NCBI RefSeq assembly: GCF_009914755.1
Contig: NC_060944.1
DNA: 64,000 bases
From: the human T2T-CHM13v2.0 reference genome, Homo sapiens
Reading direction: 5' to 3' (one strand)
Shown here: positions 1-10,309 of the stretch, piece by piece
Layout of the letters: each line of letters opens with the position of its first letter
Position numbering within the stretch: the first letter of the stretch is position 1
The notes under the pieces: model-generated
Databases searched by the model: none
Seen by the model: the letters and a program-made list of their open reading frames with translations, nothing else
Told to the model about the DNA's origin: nothing
Made by a program: the position numbers and the translations under genes

Positions 1-183
1 GTACAACAGGTCAAATCAGAGATGCCATGGGTGAGGAGGGCTTAGAGCCCGTCTCCTACAGCCTTTCTCTCTCCTCTGTGAGGGGTGAGTGGAATCCCCC
101 TAAATCCCTTAGAGCCCAGTTGGGAAAACACGGACCTTGACTTTACATGACCTCCAAGCACTGCTGTTGAGAGTGTGTGTTTG

Positions 184-478
184 TTTTTTTTTTTTGAGAT
201 GGAGTCTCACTCTGTCACCCAGGCTGGAATGCAGTGGTGAGATCTCGGCTCACCACAACCTCTGCCTCCCGGGTTCCAGTGATTCTCCTGCCTCAGCCTC
301 CTGAGTAGCTGGGATTACAGGCATGCGCCACCATGCCAGGCTAATTGTTTGTATTTTTAGTAGAGATGGGGTTTCTCCGTGTTGGTCAGGCTGGTCTCAA
401 ACTCCTGACCTCAGGTGATCCGCCTGCCTCAGCCTCCCAAAGTCCTGGGATTACAGACGTGAGCCTCCGCACCCGGCC
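184..478 (-). mobile_element. AluS
   Basis: Poly-T head, dimeric Alu, ends ...acccggcc. Confidence 0.95.
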
Positions 479-3400
479 CAGAATTTCTGTTCTTTTATTG
501 GCCTCCAGGTAACCAAGAAACACCAACATGTGTTGCAATCAGACTGTCCTCTGAATCCTCCACTGTGAGACCCCGCCAAAGTCATGGCTTTGTTTTCTGT
601 TGTTCATCTGGAATGCAGCCATTCCCCACACCCACCTCCCCGGTCACACCTGCTGCATCTTGGCTGTCCCTGCGCGTGTTTTCTGCTGTCTTTGTCACTG
701 CTCCATCCTGCATGGCATTCTACAGGCTCGTCAAAGTCCAGTTCACCCACTCTTCCAGAACCCTTCATGGTAGGCTGCTGGGAGAAATTGGGCTACAGTC
801 CATCACAGGTGCAAAATGACACCTGAGAGGTGGCCCTGTCACTGACCACTTCTTCCCCAACACATGCTCAGTAGACTAAGTGTGGTGGACAGGCGCACCC
901 TGGCCTGGGGGACCCAGAGGACTTGTGTTTGGAACTCCCCTTGCTTCCTTGGGTCTGCCATGACTGTCTGGCCCCCTCCTGCAGGGGCCTTGTATGAGCA
1001 GTTCGAGGAACGTTCTCACTAACTGCAAAGCACTGTACCAATGTCTTGATTACATTTTAGATAGCAGACAGTGGCCCTGGCTCTCCCACTGGAACTGTCT
1101 ATGTGGCACTTGGCCATGTACAACTTCTTTAATTGGACCATCATGTAGGTCTGATGATAAACCAAATACTCTAACATCAGGGTGGGGGTCTCCCCAACTC
1201 CATCTTAAGTCTTTGAGGAAATTGTTTCTTAGGCAAGATAGCTCCATAACTTGTGGGACCACGTGCAAAATACACAGGGCCCCTTGTTCAAAAAGGACAA
1301 AAAAAAAAAACCTGTGTTCCTTTCTCCCATGGTCTCTCTATCTGTTGTGGCATGTTTTGCATTTGCTGTTTGATGTTGCGCTCCCTTGGGCAGGGGATGC
1401 TCATGGGAATGAGTGCAGACCCTCATGGGCGCACAACTCTGACCTGACTTCCCTGCCCTTGTGCTCAGACCCTAGTCGGGGTGGAGGGCAGCAGTGGTCA
1501 CCTAGCAGGAAGAGACAGGGGAGCGGGCAGCTGAGGCTCCATCCTTAGAAGCAGAAAGGCTGAGGAAGGCAGAACTGTACAAGAGCCACGCCGCGTGCCC
1601 CATCATCCCTTCAAATGTAGAAGTGACACAAACTTAGAAGATCACTATGAATTTCAAGACAGTGACCCCAGAGCATGAAACTCCAAGAGAAGAGCCCCCT
1701 TCCAAGAGTGAGGCATGCTCTTGAGACTATGAAGTGGACCCTAGGATCAGTATGAAGTAGGTGCTCAGCAAGTGCTTGATGACTATGTGCTGGGAGTATA
1801 GACAGGAAAAGGACTCTCAGTTTGAGGACACATCTAGAGAACTGGCAATAGTAGCTGCTCATTCACTGTTGAAGGAATGAATATGATTCCTTTCTCGACC
1901 CTCGTCTATACCCAGCTGGGTTGAGACCCTCAGTTTCCTCATCTATAAAATGGGAAAGATAACAAAGGTACCTACATCGGAGAAAATCATGGAATGCATC
2001 CCATTTCTGGCATGCAGAGAAAGCCCAGTATTATGAAGATTATTATGCCCGGTGCTAGAGACATAGCAAGCATTTAATAAACGTTTGAGCTGAGGCTTCC
2101 TAGAGAATATGAGATTGCAGCAAATTGGATGCAAAACTTCTCTTTACCTTTTTAAATCCGTCTAATTATCTCGTATCAGGATATAGCTGGTGTGGTCACA
2201 AAGCAGGGAAAAAGCAATCGATATCCCTGAGTAACTGCAAAACATGGAGTGGCCCCAGGAAGGTGCAGGGAGGAAGTCCCTTTTAGTTTGAAACTATTTT
2301 AGTGTCCGATCTTTCTTTCTCCTTCTTTCCCCAATTTTGTATCTGGGCTCAACTTTTTATACATTTTTCAAAAGAAGAGCAGCCTTGGACCTAAGAAAAT
2401 CTGAGCCTAAGGAGCTCCCCAAAAGCTAGGAGGTCTCTATGGCATCCGTCCCAGAAACAACTAACGCAACTCACAGGCAGCGTGAGCCACCTCCATGCCC
2501 CACCCACTGAGCACACACTGCAAAGTCCACTCGGCGGGTTAACTGGGGGTCCTCAGGGATCCCACCAGCAGGGTGGCTGTTTGGCTGCTTCTTCGGGTCC
2601 CTGTTGAAACCAACAGACAGTAGTTAGTTTTGAGGCTTACTTACAAATAAGCTGACAGTCAGATGAGGAAGACCCATGCTTCCGGCCAGCCCCTTGAAAT
2701 TGTTGTCAATGAGTCCCCACTGGGGCAGGGAGTCTCTAAGGACAGGAAAAATGGGGGCCCGAGGGCATCATCTGCCAAGACCTAAGGCAACTGCACCCAT
2801 ACTTTTGCCTGTGTGTCCTCAAAACCCCTCTACTTTATCATGATTCTTCTTCCAGAGAACTCTGTCCTTTGAGGCAAGTCTGTAAACCAATGTTTGCTTT
2901 TTAACATTTTGACAAGGGACAGTTGCGGGGGAATCATTACCGTCCTTCCACGCTGTAAATGCAGGTAATGAAAGGATCGGATGAAGGTCGTTGGTGACTC
3001 ACTGCTCTGACGTTTTACTTGAACTAGCTGTTTCTCTCCCAGAAGACTCAGAACATAAGCACCTGGAATGGATGGGTCGCATTTAGGACTCCAAATGAGT
3101 TCTGCTTTCCCTTTTTGTTTTCAATCTATGTGCTCTTTCAGGTACTCAAACCTGTTACCGTTTTATCAGCAAAATGGGACTTTCTACCAATTTGGTGGGA
3201 TGAGTCTCGCCGGGAGTGATGTGTGTGTCACGGAATTGTGGTCATGCATCGGGATGGCTAATTCACTGATGTCAGATGCTAACGAAGTGGCCTCGGCTAC
3301 TGAGCATCACGTCACTGTTGGGTTTAGACACAACACGATCTTATGTATGGATGACAGCACCACTAATAACAAATGCCAGTGACCTAAACGGGGAATAACT

Positions 3401-3875
3401 TCAAATGAAACAAAAAGCACCTCATATCATATTTATCCTGAAAGACACAACTGGCTGAATAAAATCTGAATACAGGAAACATAGCAATGGGTTGATAATT
3501 TTGGTGGAACTTGATGATGTGTGACCCACGCCCAACACAGTGTGACCCAAGCCCCCAGGAGGGTTCTCTAAGTGAGTTTGGTCGGAGGCTGCCATTCACA
3601 GTGACTTGTATTTGCCACAGCAGCTCTTTCTAAGCCCAGTCCTGGGATTATCTCAGGGATCATCCCACACCCCAGCGGGGAGATGGGCCAAGTCCCCACC
3701 TGACCTCATCTTAGGTAGAGAGGCTTCCATGGAAGTGTGGGCTGGCTGTGGGGGGTTGAGACCTAGCCCCGTTCTTTTGACATTTCACCCTGTGTTCTCC
3801 AAACTCCAGTAAGCAGCTTCCATAGCTCATTAAATTTGACTGAAGGTCTGATGGCTTGCAAAGCAAATTCTTTAC

Positions 3876-3892
3876 AACTGTTATAAAGGTTT
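3876..3892 (+). promoter_or_regulatory. Orthologous position of the distal PPRE (about -1 kb), degenerate
   Basis: AACT-GTTATA-A-AGGTTT at about -1020; resembles the recalled rodent AACT-GGGATA-A-AGGTCT. Confidence 0.55.
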
Positions 3893-4464
3893 CATTGCTT
3901 AAGCATATAATCTAGCAAAACTGCCAAGCCCCCTCCACTTCCTAAACTCTAAGACTTGCCAGGGAAGAGAACAGTGGCCAGTGGACTGCAGGAGTAACTG
4001 CACTCAGCCCAGAACTCCCTGGAGGACACAGGGAAGGTTCTGGAAAGGTGGCGGTACCTCACAGGGAGAGACGTGGTGCTCCAGGGCCCAACTTGCTCAT
4101 GTTCAGATCCTCACTCTGCAACCCACCAGCCGGCTGTGAGTGGCTACACAATCTCTGCCTCAGTTTCCCTATCTGTACATGGGTTGTTCATAGCCTCCAC
4201 CTCAGAGGGTAGTAATGATGCCAAGCTCTTAGAACAGTGCTCAGCATGTGTGCATCCTGTGCCTACTCTATGCCAAGCACTACAGAGAGAAAAATGAACA
4301 AAATAGGGAGAAATCCCTGCCCTCATGGAGTTTACATCGGGGCAGGGGGCGGGGGCGGCACAGAGCAGACAATCAATACAGTGATTAGCCCCCAGTTAGG
4401 TTAGGCATTTCCAATCTTTGCCAATAAGCCACATATTTGCCCAAGTTAGGGTGCATCCTTCCCA

Positions 4465-4590
4465 TGAACTTTGACTGTGACCTTTGACTATGGGGTGACA
4501 TCTTATAGCTGTGGTGTTTTGCCAACCAGCAGCTCTTGGTACACAAAATGTGCTGCTAGCAGGTGCCCCGGCCAACCTTGTCCTTGACCC
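4465..4590. promoter_or_regulatory. PCK1 glucocorticoid response unit (AF1 DR1, AF2/IRS, GR1, AF3/TRE)
   Basis: DR1-like TGAACTTTGACTG and TGACCTTTGACTA (4465-4490); TGGTGTTTTG (4512-4521); TACACAaaaTGTGCT (4540-4554); TGTCCTTGACCC (4579-4590). Confidence 0.8.
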
Positions 4591-4647
4591 ACCTGCCTGT
4601 TAAGAAAAGGGTGTTGTGTTTTGCAACAGCAGTAAAATGGGTCAAGG

Positions 4648-4680
4648 TTTAGTCAGTTGGAAGTTGTGTCAAAAGTCACT
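4648..4680. promoter_or_regulatory. P3(II) AP-1-like and P3(I) C/EBP sites
   Basis: TTTAGTCA (4648-4655) and TTGTGTCAA (4664-4672) at the positions of the rodent P3 footprints. Confidence 0.65.
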
Positions 4681-4708
4681 ATGGTTGGTTGAGGGCTCGA
4701 AGTCTCCC

Positions 4709-4724
4709 AGCATTCATTAACAAC
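4709..4724. promoter_or_regulatory. P2 / HNF1 site
   Basis: CATTCATTAAC (reverse complement GTTAATGAATG) at about -190. Confidence 0.8.
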
Positions 4725-4789
4725 TATCTGTTCAATGATTATCTCCCTGGGGCGTGTTGCAGTGAGTTGGCCCAAAGCATAACTGACCC

Positions 4790-4802
4790 TGGCCGTGATC
4801 CA
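4790..4802. promoter_or_regulatory. P1 / NF1 site
   Basis: TGGC-N5-TCCA immediately upstream of the CRE, as in the rodent promoter. Confidence 0.75.
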
Positions 4803-4815
4803 GAGACCTGCCCCC

Positions 4816-4823
4816 TGACGTCA
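4816..4823. promoter_or_regulatory. cAMP response element CRE-1 (TGACGTCA)
   Basis: Perfect palindrome about 90 nt upstream of the TSS, the position of the classical PEPCK CRE. Confidence 0.95.
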
Positions 4824-4875
4824 GTGGCGAGCCTCCCTGGGTGCAGCTGAGGGGCAGGGCTATTCTTTTCCACAG

Positions 4876-4883
4876 TATTTAAA
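4876..4883 (+). promoter_or_regulatory. PCK1 TATA box (TATTTAAA)
   Basis: Seen in sequence at the expected distance from the CRE and exon 1. Confidence 0.9.
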
Positions 4884-4906
4884 GCTGGGAGGTTCTGCCA
4901 CCAAGC

Positions 4907-5000
4907 ACGGCCTTCCCACTGGGAACACAAACTTGCTGGCGGGAAGAGCCCGGAAAGAAACCTGTGGATCTCCCTTCGAGATCATCCAAAGAGAAGAAAG
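4907..5000 (+). other. PCK1: PCK1 exon 1 (non-coding); TSS approximate
   Basis: About 25-30 nt downstream of TATTTAAA (4876-4883); ends at donor AAG|GTAAGT at 5000/5001; exon 2 acceptor tttcag| at 5168/5169. Confidence 0.85.
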
Positions 5001-5208
5001 GTAAGTAGAGCTTTGCATTTACATTTTGAAAAATTACAAAGATGAACTCATTTTTTTCCTGAGAGCAATAACTATTTGGCAATGCACAGCCCTGGCAAAA
5101 GGCCGTCGAATGTGTTTGAAGGTGTCTGTTGTTGTTTTTGTTCAGGACGCTTGCGTTTTCTATTTCAGGTGACCTCACATTCGTGCCCCTTAGCAGCACT
5201 CTGCAGAA

Positions 5209-5432
5209 ATGCCTCCTCAGCTGCAAAACGGCCTGAACCTCTCGGCCAAAGTTGTCCAGGGAAGCCTGGACAGCCTGCCCCAGGCAGTGAGGGAGTTTCT
5301 CGAGAATAACGCTGAGCTGTGTCAGCCTGATCACATCCACATCTGTGACGGCTCTGAGGAGGAGAATGGGCGGCTTCTGGGCCAGATGGAGGAAGAGGGC
5401 ATCCTCAGGCGGCTGAAGAAGTATGACAACTG
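5209..5432 (+). CDS. PCK1: PEPCK-C coding exon 2 (exon starts 5169; ATG 5209)
   Basis: [32 protein letters not shown]...; donor TG|GTAAG; 224 nt. Confidence 0.98.
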
Positions 5433-5867
5433 GTAAGCTCGGCCCCCGCTGCCTGTCCCAGCACCCTGCAGGCAGGGCTCCCCTGCGTCTCCTGGGAGTT
5501 GGTGGAGAAAGGTGAATGAAGGCCTTCGGGTAGTTTCAGACTCTTGAGAAGATGAATGCAATGGTCAGAACCATACAGACTTGAATTTTGTGACATTAGT
5601 GGGCCAGCCCAAGCTTTAAATGAGGTGTGTGCACAAAAGCTCTGCCAACTAGATTCCTGATTAAAAAAAAGGCAGCCCCTCTCCTACAGACCAGCTCCTA
5701 GTGGAGTAAATGTCCACCTGGCCATGTCTTAGACGGTCTGTGTGTTCACACTGATGGACTGTTGTTAGCGTGCTCAGCACTCTGCTAGGCATGGAAAGCC
5801 ACGGTACTGAAGGAGATGGTTCGCTGCCCGTGGTGCTTGGCTGAAAGGAAGCCTGTGATTTTTGCAG

Positions 5868-6049
5868 CTGGTTGGCTCTCACTGACCCCAGGGATGTGGC
5901 CAGGATCGAAAGCAAGACGGTTATCGTCACCCAAGAGCAAAGAGACACAGTGCCCATCCCCAAAACAGGCCTCAGCCAGCTCGGTCGCTGGATGTCAGAG
6001 GAGGATTTTGAGAAAGCGTTCAATGCCAGGTTCCCAGGGTGCATGAAAG
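5868..6049 (+). CDS. PCK1: PEPCK-C exon 3
   Basis: tttgcag| [17 protein letters not shown]...FPGCMK G|GTGAG; 182 nt; contains R87 and S90. Confidence 0.98.
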
Positions 6050-6492
6050 GTGAGCGGAACATTGATTTGATTGGGTAAAACAGCAGAGAGCCTTTTCTTA
6101 TTTACATCTATCCTAATGGTAATTCAAACAATAATGGAAGCTCCCACCACCTCAGATGTCTTTCAGTTCCATACATGAAGTTGGCAATGTATTGAAAATG
6201 CACATCCCTCTTCTGCTTTTACAGACTGTCTTATACAAACGTGAAAACTAGTTCCATGCATATGGGTTTTAAATAGCTTGGTGGGACCCAATTGCACATT
6301 TATGAAAACTCTTTAATTTCAGCAGGCTGTTCACTTTCCAGTGGCCTCTTCTAACCCAGGGGGCTGGTGACCAGCAGGGTGTGGTGGTGTTAGTGGAACA
6401 CCGTGAAAATGGGTCTACCTGGGAAAAAAATGCTGGTCGTGTTCGAAGTCCAAGGTCATTTCTCACCAGTGCCCACCCATCGCACCCTGTAG

Positions 6493-6696
6493 GTCGCACC
6501 ATGTACGTCATCCCATTCAGCATGGGGCCGCTGGGCTCACCTCTGTCGAAGATCGGCATCGAGCTGACGGATTCGCCCTACGTGGTGGCCAGCATGCGGA
6601 TCATGACGCGGATGGGCACGCCCGTCCTGGAAGCACTGGGCGATGGGGAGTTTGTCAAATGCCTCCATTCTGTGGGGTGCCCTCTGCCTTTACAAA
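6493..6696 (+). CDS. PCK1: PEPCK-C exon 4
   Basis: tgtag| [31 protein letters not shown]...PLPLQ A|GTAAG; 204 nt. Confidence 0.98.
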
Positions 6697-6824
6697 GTAA
6701 GTGTATTATTTCAGAATCAAAAGTCAAAATAAAAAAGAAAGCTGAACGCAAACCCCAGTGAGTGCCTCGGGGACCCCCAACCAGGGCCCTGGCGCACTGA
6801 CTTGGGAGGGGTCCTTGTTCACAG

Positions 6825-7012
6825 AGCCTTTGGTCAACAACTGGCCCTGCAACCCGGAGCTGACGCTCATCGCCCACCTGCCTGACCGCAGAGAGATCAT
6901 CTCCTTTGGCAGTGGGTACGGCGGGAACTCGCTGCTCGGGAAGAAGTGCTTTGCTCTCAGGATGGCCAGCCGGCTGGCCAAGGAGGAAGGGTGGCTGGCA
7001 GAGCACATGCTG
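6825..7012 (+). CDS. PCK1: PEPCK-C exon 5
   Basis: cacag| [10 protein letters not shown]...[20 protein letters not shown]...WLAEHML|GTGAG; 188 nt. Confidence 0.98.
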
Positions 7013-7361
7013 GTGAGCCTGCAGGAAGCCCTGATGTGCAGATGAGAGGCCTGGGGGGTGGCAGAAACAAACAGCATTACAGTTCCCACCCGTCAGCACA
7101 CCTCTCTGAGCGTGCAGGTTCCCGGACAGATCGGGAAACCCCACCAGTAATGATTAGTTTACACATATACATCGCTTTTGAAGGCCCCCAAACACCAGGG
7201 GACCATAGAGATCCTTTGGACTTCATGATTCTGGGAGTGTTTGTTTGCACTGATACCTGAAGAAATAGATCTTGAGGGCCTACATTCCAACCTCTGGGCT
7301 GAAGTACCAACCTCGGGGAGAAGGAAACAAAGATCACAATAAAGAATCTTGTCCCCAACAG

Positions 7362-7524
7362 ATTCTGGGTATAACCAACCCTGAGGGTGAGAAGAAGTAC
7401 CTGGCGGCCGCATTTCCCAGCGCCTGCGGGAAGACCAACCTGGCCATGATGAACCCCAGCCTCCCCGGGTGGAAGGTTGAGTGCGTCGGGGATGACATTG
7501 CCTGGATGAAGTTTGACGCACAAG
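7362..7524 (+). CDS. PCK1: PEPCK-C exon 6 (P-loop FPSACGKTN)
   Basis: aacag| ILGITNPEG...[13 protein letters not shown]...[14 protein letters not shown]|GTGAC; 163 nt; GTP-PEPCK signature. Confidence 0.98.
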
Positions 7525-7965
7525 GTGACTCTTTTAGACCCAACTCTTGGTAACGATTGGACTCAAGCGAATCGTTGGCCTTCGAAACATGTCACATTCT
7601 CCTCAGTCCAGTGTTTGGATTTTTAAACTCTGTTAGTCCAGAGTTGGCCAAGCCTTAGAAATATGGATCCTGTAAGAATTCTTCAACTTAATATTCAATC
7701 TGGATTGAAACTGGGCCATATGTTGCTGTTTGTTTACATACATACATTTGTTTAAATGGTATTGGTGGAAAATTGTGGAGGAAGCAAGAGTCGTAAACGT
7801 ATCAAAGTTGCATATGATGCTTGGATGAAAAGAGATAAATGCATATTCTAGGGAGGGAAAAAAGATTTGAGAAGTTGGCATAGAAATTAGTCCGGCAATA
7901 TATAAGAGTATATGTTCTGCTTTGCCTGGCACTCACTACTGCTTCTCTGGTTTAAAACTCTCCAG

Positions 7966-8190
7966 GTCATTTAAGGGCCATCAACCCAGAAAATGGCTTT
8001 TTCGGTGTCGCTCCTGGGACTTCAGTGAAGACCAACCCCAATGCCATCAAGACCATCCAGAAGAACACAATCTTTACCAATGTGGCCGAGACCAGCGACG
8101 GGGGCGTTTACTGGGAAGGCATTGATGAGCCGCTAGCTTCAGGCGTCACCATCACGTCCTGGAAGAATAAGGAGTGGAGCTCAGAGGATG
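7966..8190 (+). CDS. PCK1: PEPCK-C exon 7
   Basis: tccag| [18 protein letters not shown]...WSSED G|GTGTGT; 225 nt. Confidence 0.97.
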
Positions 8191-8278
8191 GTGTGTCCCT
8201 GCCAGAGGCCTTGGTGTGCCGGGCTGCAGGGACTGCCTGTTTGAGCCAGGCACTCACGAGCCTTTCTCTGTCTTATAG

Positions 8279-8410
8279 GGGAACCTTGTGCCCACCCCAA
8301 CTCGAGGTTCTGCACCCCTGCCAGCCAGTGCCCCATCATTGATGCTGCCTGGGAGTCTCCGGAAGGTGTTCCCATTGAAGGCATTATCTTTGGAGGCCGT
8401 AGACCTGCTG
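8279..8410 (+). CDS. PCK1: PEPCK-C exon 8
   Basis: ttatag| [11 protein letters not shown]...[10 protein letters not shown]|GTGAG; 132 nt. Confidence 0.97.
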
Positions 8411-8836
8411 GTGAGGCTCTCCTTCATTTAGGCTGGGAACATGGGTGTGCTGGGTACCGAAGGGCATCTGTGAAATCTCTCCTTTTCCATGACCTTGTCA
8501 GAGGGTGCCCAGGGGCTTCCTTTCTTGAGCTTCCTTCCCAAAGATCCAGAATAATTGGCAAGTTCAAATGTAGAACCAACCCTTCTGGTCACCTGGAACC
8601 TTTCTGAATCCCTGATCTATTGTAGCTTGATCAAATTTTACTTTTTACTTTGTGGCCTCAGTCATGTAACTTTGAGTTAGCAGTTTTCTGCAATTTAGCT
8701 TGGTGAACGCAAAACTAGCTCGATTACAAAGTTATTGTCTTGCCGTGTCTTTCCGTGTTGTGAATAACACCACTGGTTGTGGAGTCTGAATTTCAAAGCC
8801 TCTGATGAACATTTCTCTTTTTTTTTCCTGCTAAAG

Positions 8837-8932
8837 GTGTCCCTCTAGTCTATGAAGCTCTCAGCTGGCAACATGGAGTCTTTGTGGGGGCGGCCATGAG
8901 ATCAGAGGCCACAGCGGCTGCAGAACATAAAG
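8837..8932 (+). CDS. PCK1: PEPCK-C exon 9
   Basis: ctaaag| [32 protein letters not shown]|GTAAA; 96 nt. Confidence 0.97.
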
Positions 8933-9146
8933 GTAAATCAAAGTCCTGATCTGAAACCACAGAGAAGTGGGATTAGAGCACTCTTCGTCACTCTTATGTC
9001 TCTCTCCTTTTCTGTGTCTGTGTGTGGGGAGAGAGAGAGAGAGAAAGAGAGAGAGGAGAACAAAGCATGCTAATGTCAACAATCAATGGCGTCAGTCTTG
9101 CCTAGGAGAGCCTCATTTACTAATGAACTCCCTCTCTGTTTAACAG

Positions 9147-9601
9147 GCAAAATCATCATGCATGACCCCTTTGCCATGCGGCCCTTCTTTGGCTACAACT
9201 TCGGCAAATACCTGGCCCACTGGCTTAGCATGGCCCAGCACCCAGCAGCCAAACTGCCCAAGATCTTCCATGTCAACTGGTTCCGGAAGGACAAGGAAGG
9301 CAAATTCCTCTGGCCAGGCTTTGGAGAGAACTCCAGGGTGCTGGAGTGGATGTTCAACCGGATCGATGGAAAAGCCAGCACCAAGCTCACGCCCATAGGC
9401 TACATCCCCAAGGAGGATGCCCTGAACCTGAAAGGCCTGGGGCACATCAACATGATGGAGCTTTTCAGCATCTCCAAGGAATTCTGGGAGAAGGAGGTGG
9501 AAGACATCGAGAAGTATCTGGAGGATCAAGTCAATGCCGACCTCCCCTGTGAAATCGAGAGAGAGATCCTTGCCTTGAAGCAAAGAATAAGCCAGATGTA
9601 A
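9147..9601 (+). CDS. PCK1: PEPCK-C exon 10 coding part to TAA
   Basis: aacag| [18 protein letters not shown]...VNWFRK...ISQM*; 455 nt; total CDS 1869 nt. Confidence 0.98.
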
Positions 9602-9946
9602 TCAGGGCCTGAGTGCTTTACCTTTAAAATCATTCCCTTTCCCATCCATAAGGTGCAGTAGGAGCAAGAGAGGGCAAGTGTTCCCAAATTGACGCCACCA
9701 TAATAATCATCACCACACCGGGAGCAGATCTGAAAGGCACACTTTGATTTTTTTAAGGATAAGAACCACAGAACACTGGGTAGTAGCTAATGAAATTGAG
9801 AAGGGAAATCTTAGCATGCCTCCAAAAATTCACATCCAATGCATAGTTTGTTCAAATTTAAGGTTACTCAGGCATTGATCTTTTCAGTGTTTTTTCACTT
9901 TAGCTATGTGGATTAGCTAGAATGCACACCAAAAAAATACTTGAGC

Positions 9947-9948
9947 TG

Positions 9949-9989
<41 letters not shown>

Positions 9990-10007
9990 ATGTATGTGCA
10001 CATGTGT
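9947..10007. repeat. (TA)n(TG)15 microsatellite within a 61-nt alternating purine-pyrimidine tract
   Basis: Read directly in the PCK1 3'UTR. Confidence 0.95.
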
Positions 10008-10303
10008 CTGTGTGGTATATTTGTGTATGTGTATTTGTATGTACTGTTATTGAAAATATATTTAATACCTTTGGAAAAATCTTGGGCAAGATGACCTACT
10101 AGTTTTCCTTGAAAAAAAGTTGCTTTGTTATTAATATTGTGCTTAAATTATTTTTATACACCATTGTTCCTTACCTTTACATAATTGCAATATTTCCCCC
10201 TTACTACTTCTTGGAAAAAAATTACAAAATGAAGTTTTATAGAAAAGATGGATTTGCTTTGCTTGGTTTTTCTTATTTGAGCTACCAAGAGGAGAGAACT
10301 CTG

Positions 10304-10309
10304 ATTAAA
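10304..10309 (+). terminator. PCK1 proximal poly(A) signal ATTAAA
   Basis: At the end of an AU-rich 3'UTR, about 700 nt after the stop codon. Confidence 0.7.

Noticed and set aside
732-740. Isolated HNF4 cores CAAAGTCCA (also 2521 and 30383)
   Set aside because: Plausible for upstream PCK1 enhancers, but single 9-mers are too weak to call.
9086-9146. In-frame ATG in PCK1 intron 9 extending exon 10
   Set aside because: Pyrimidine at -3, no sign of an internal promoter, and the product would lack the catalytic core.
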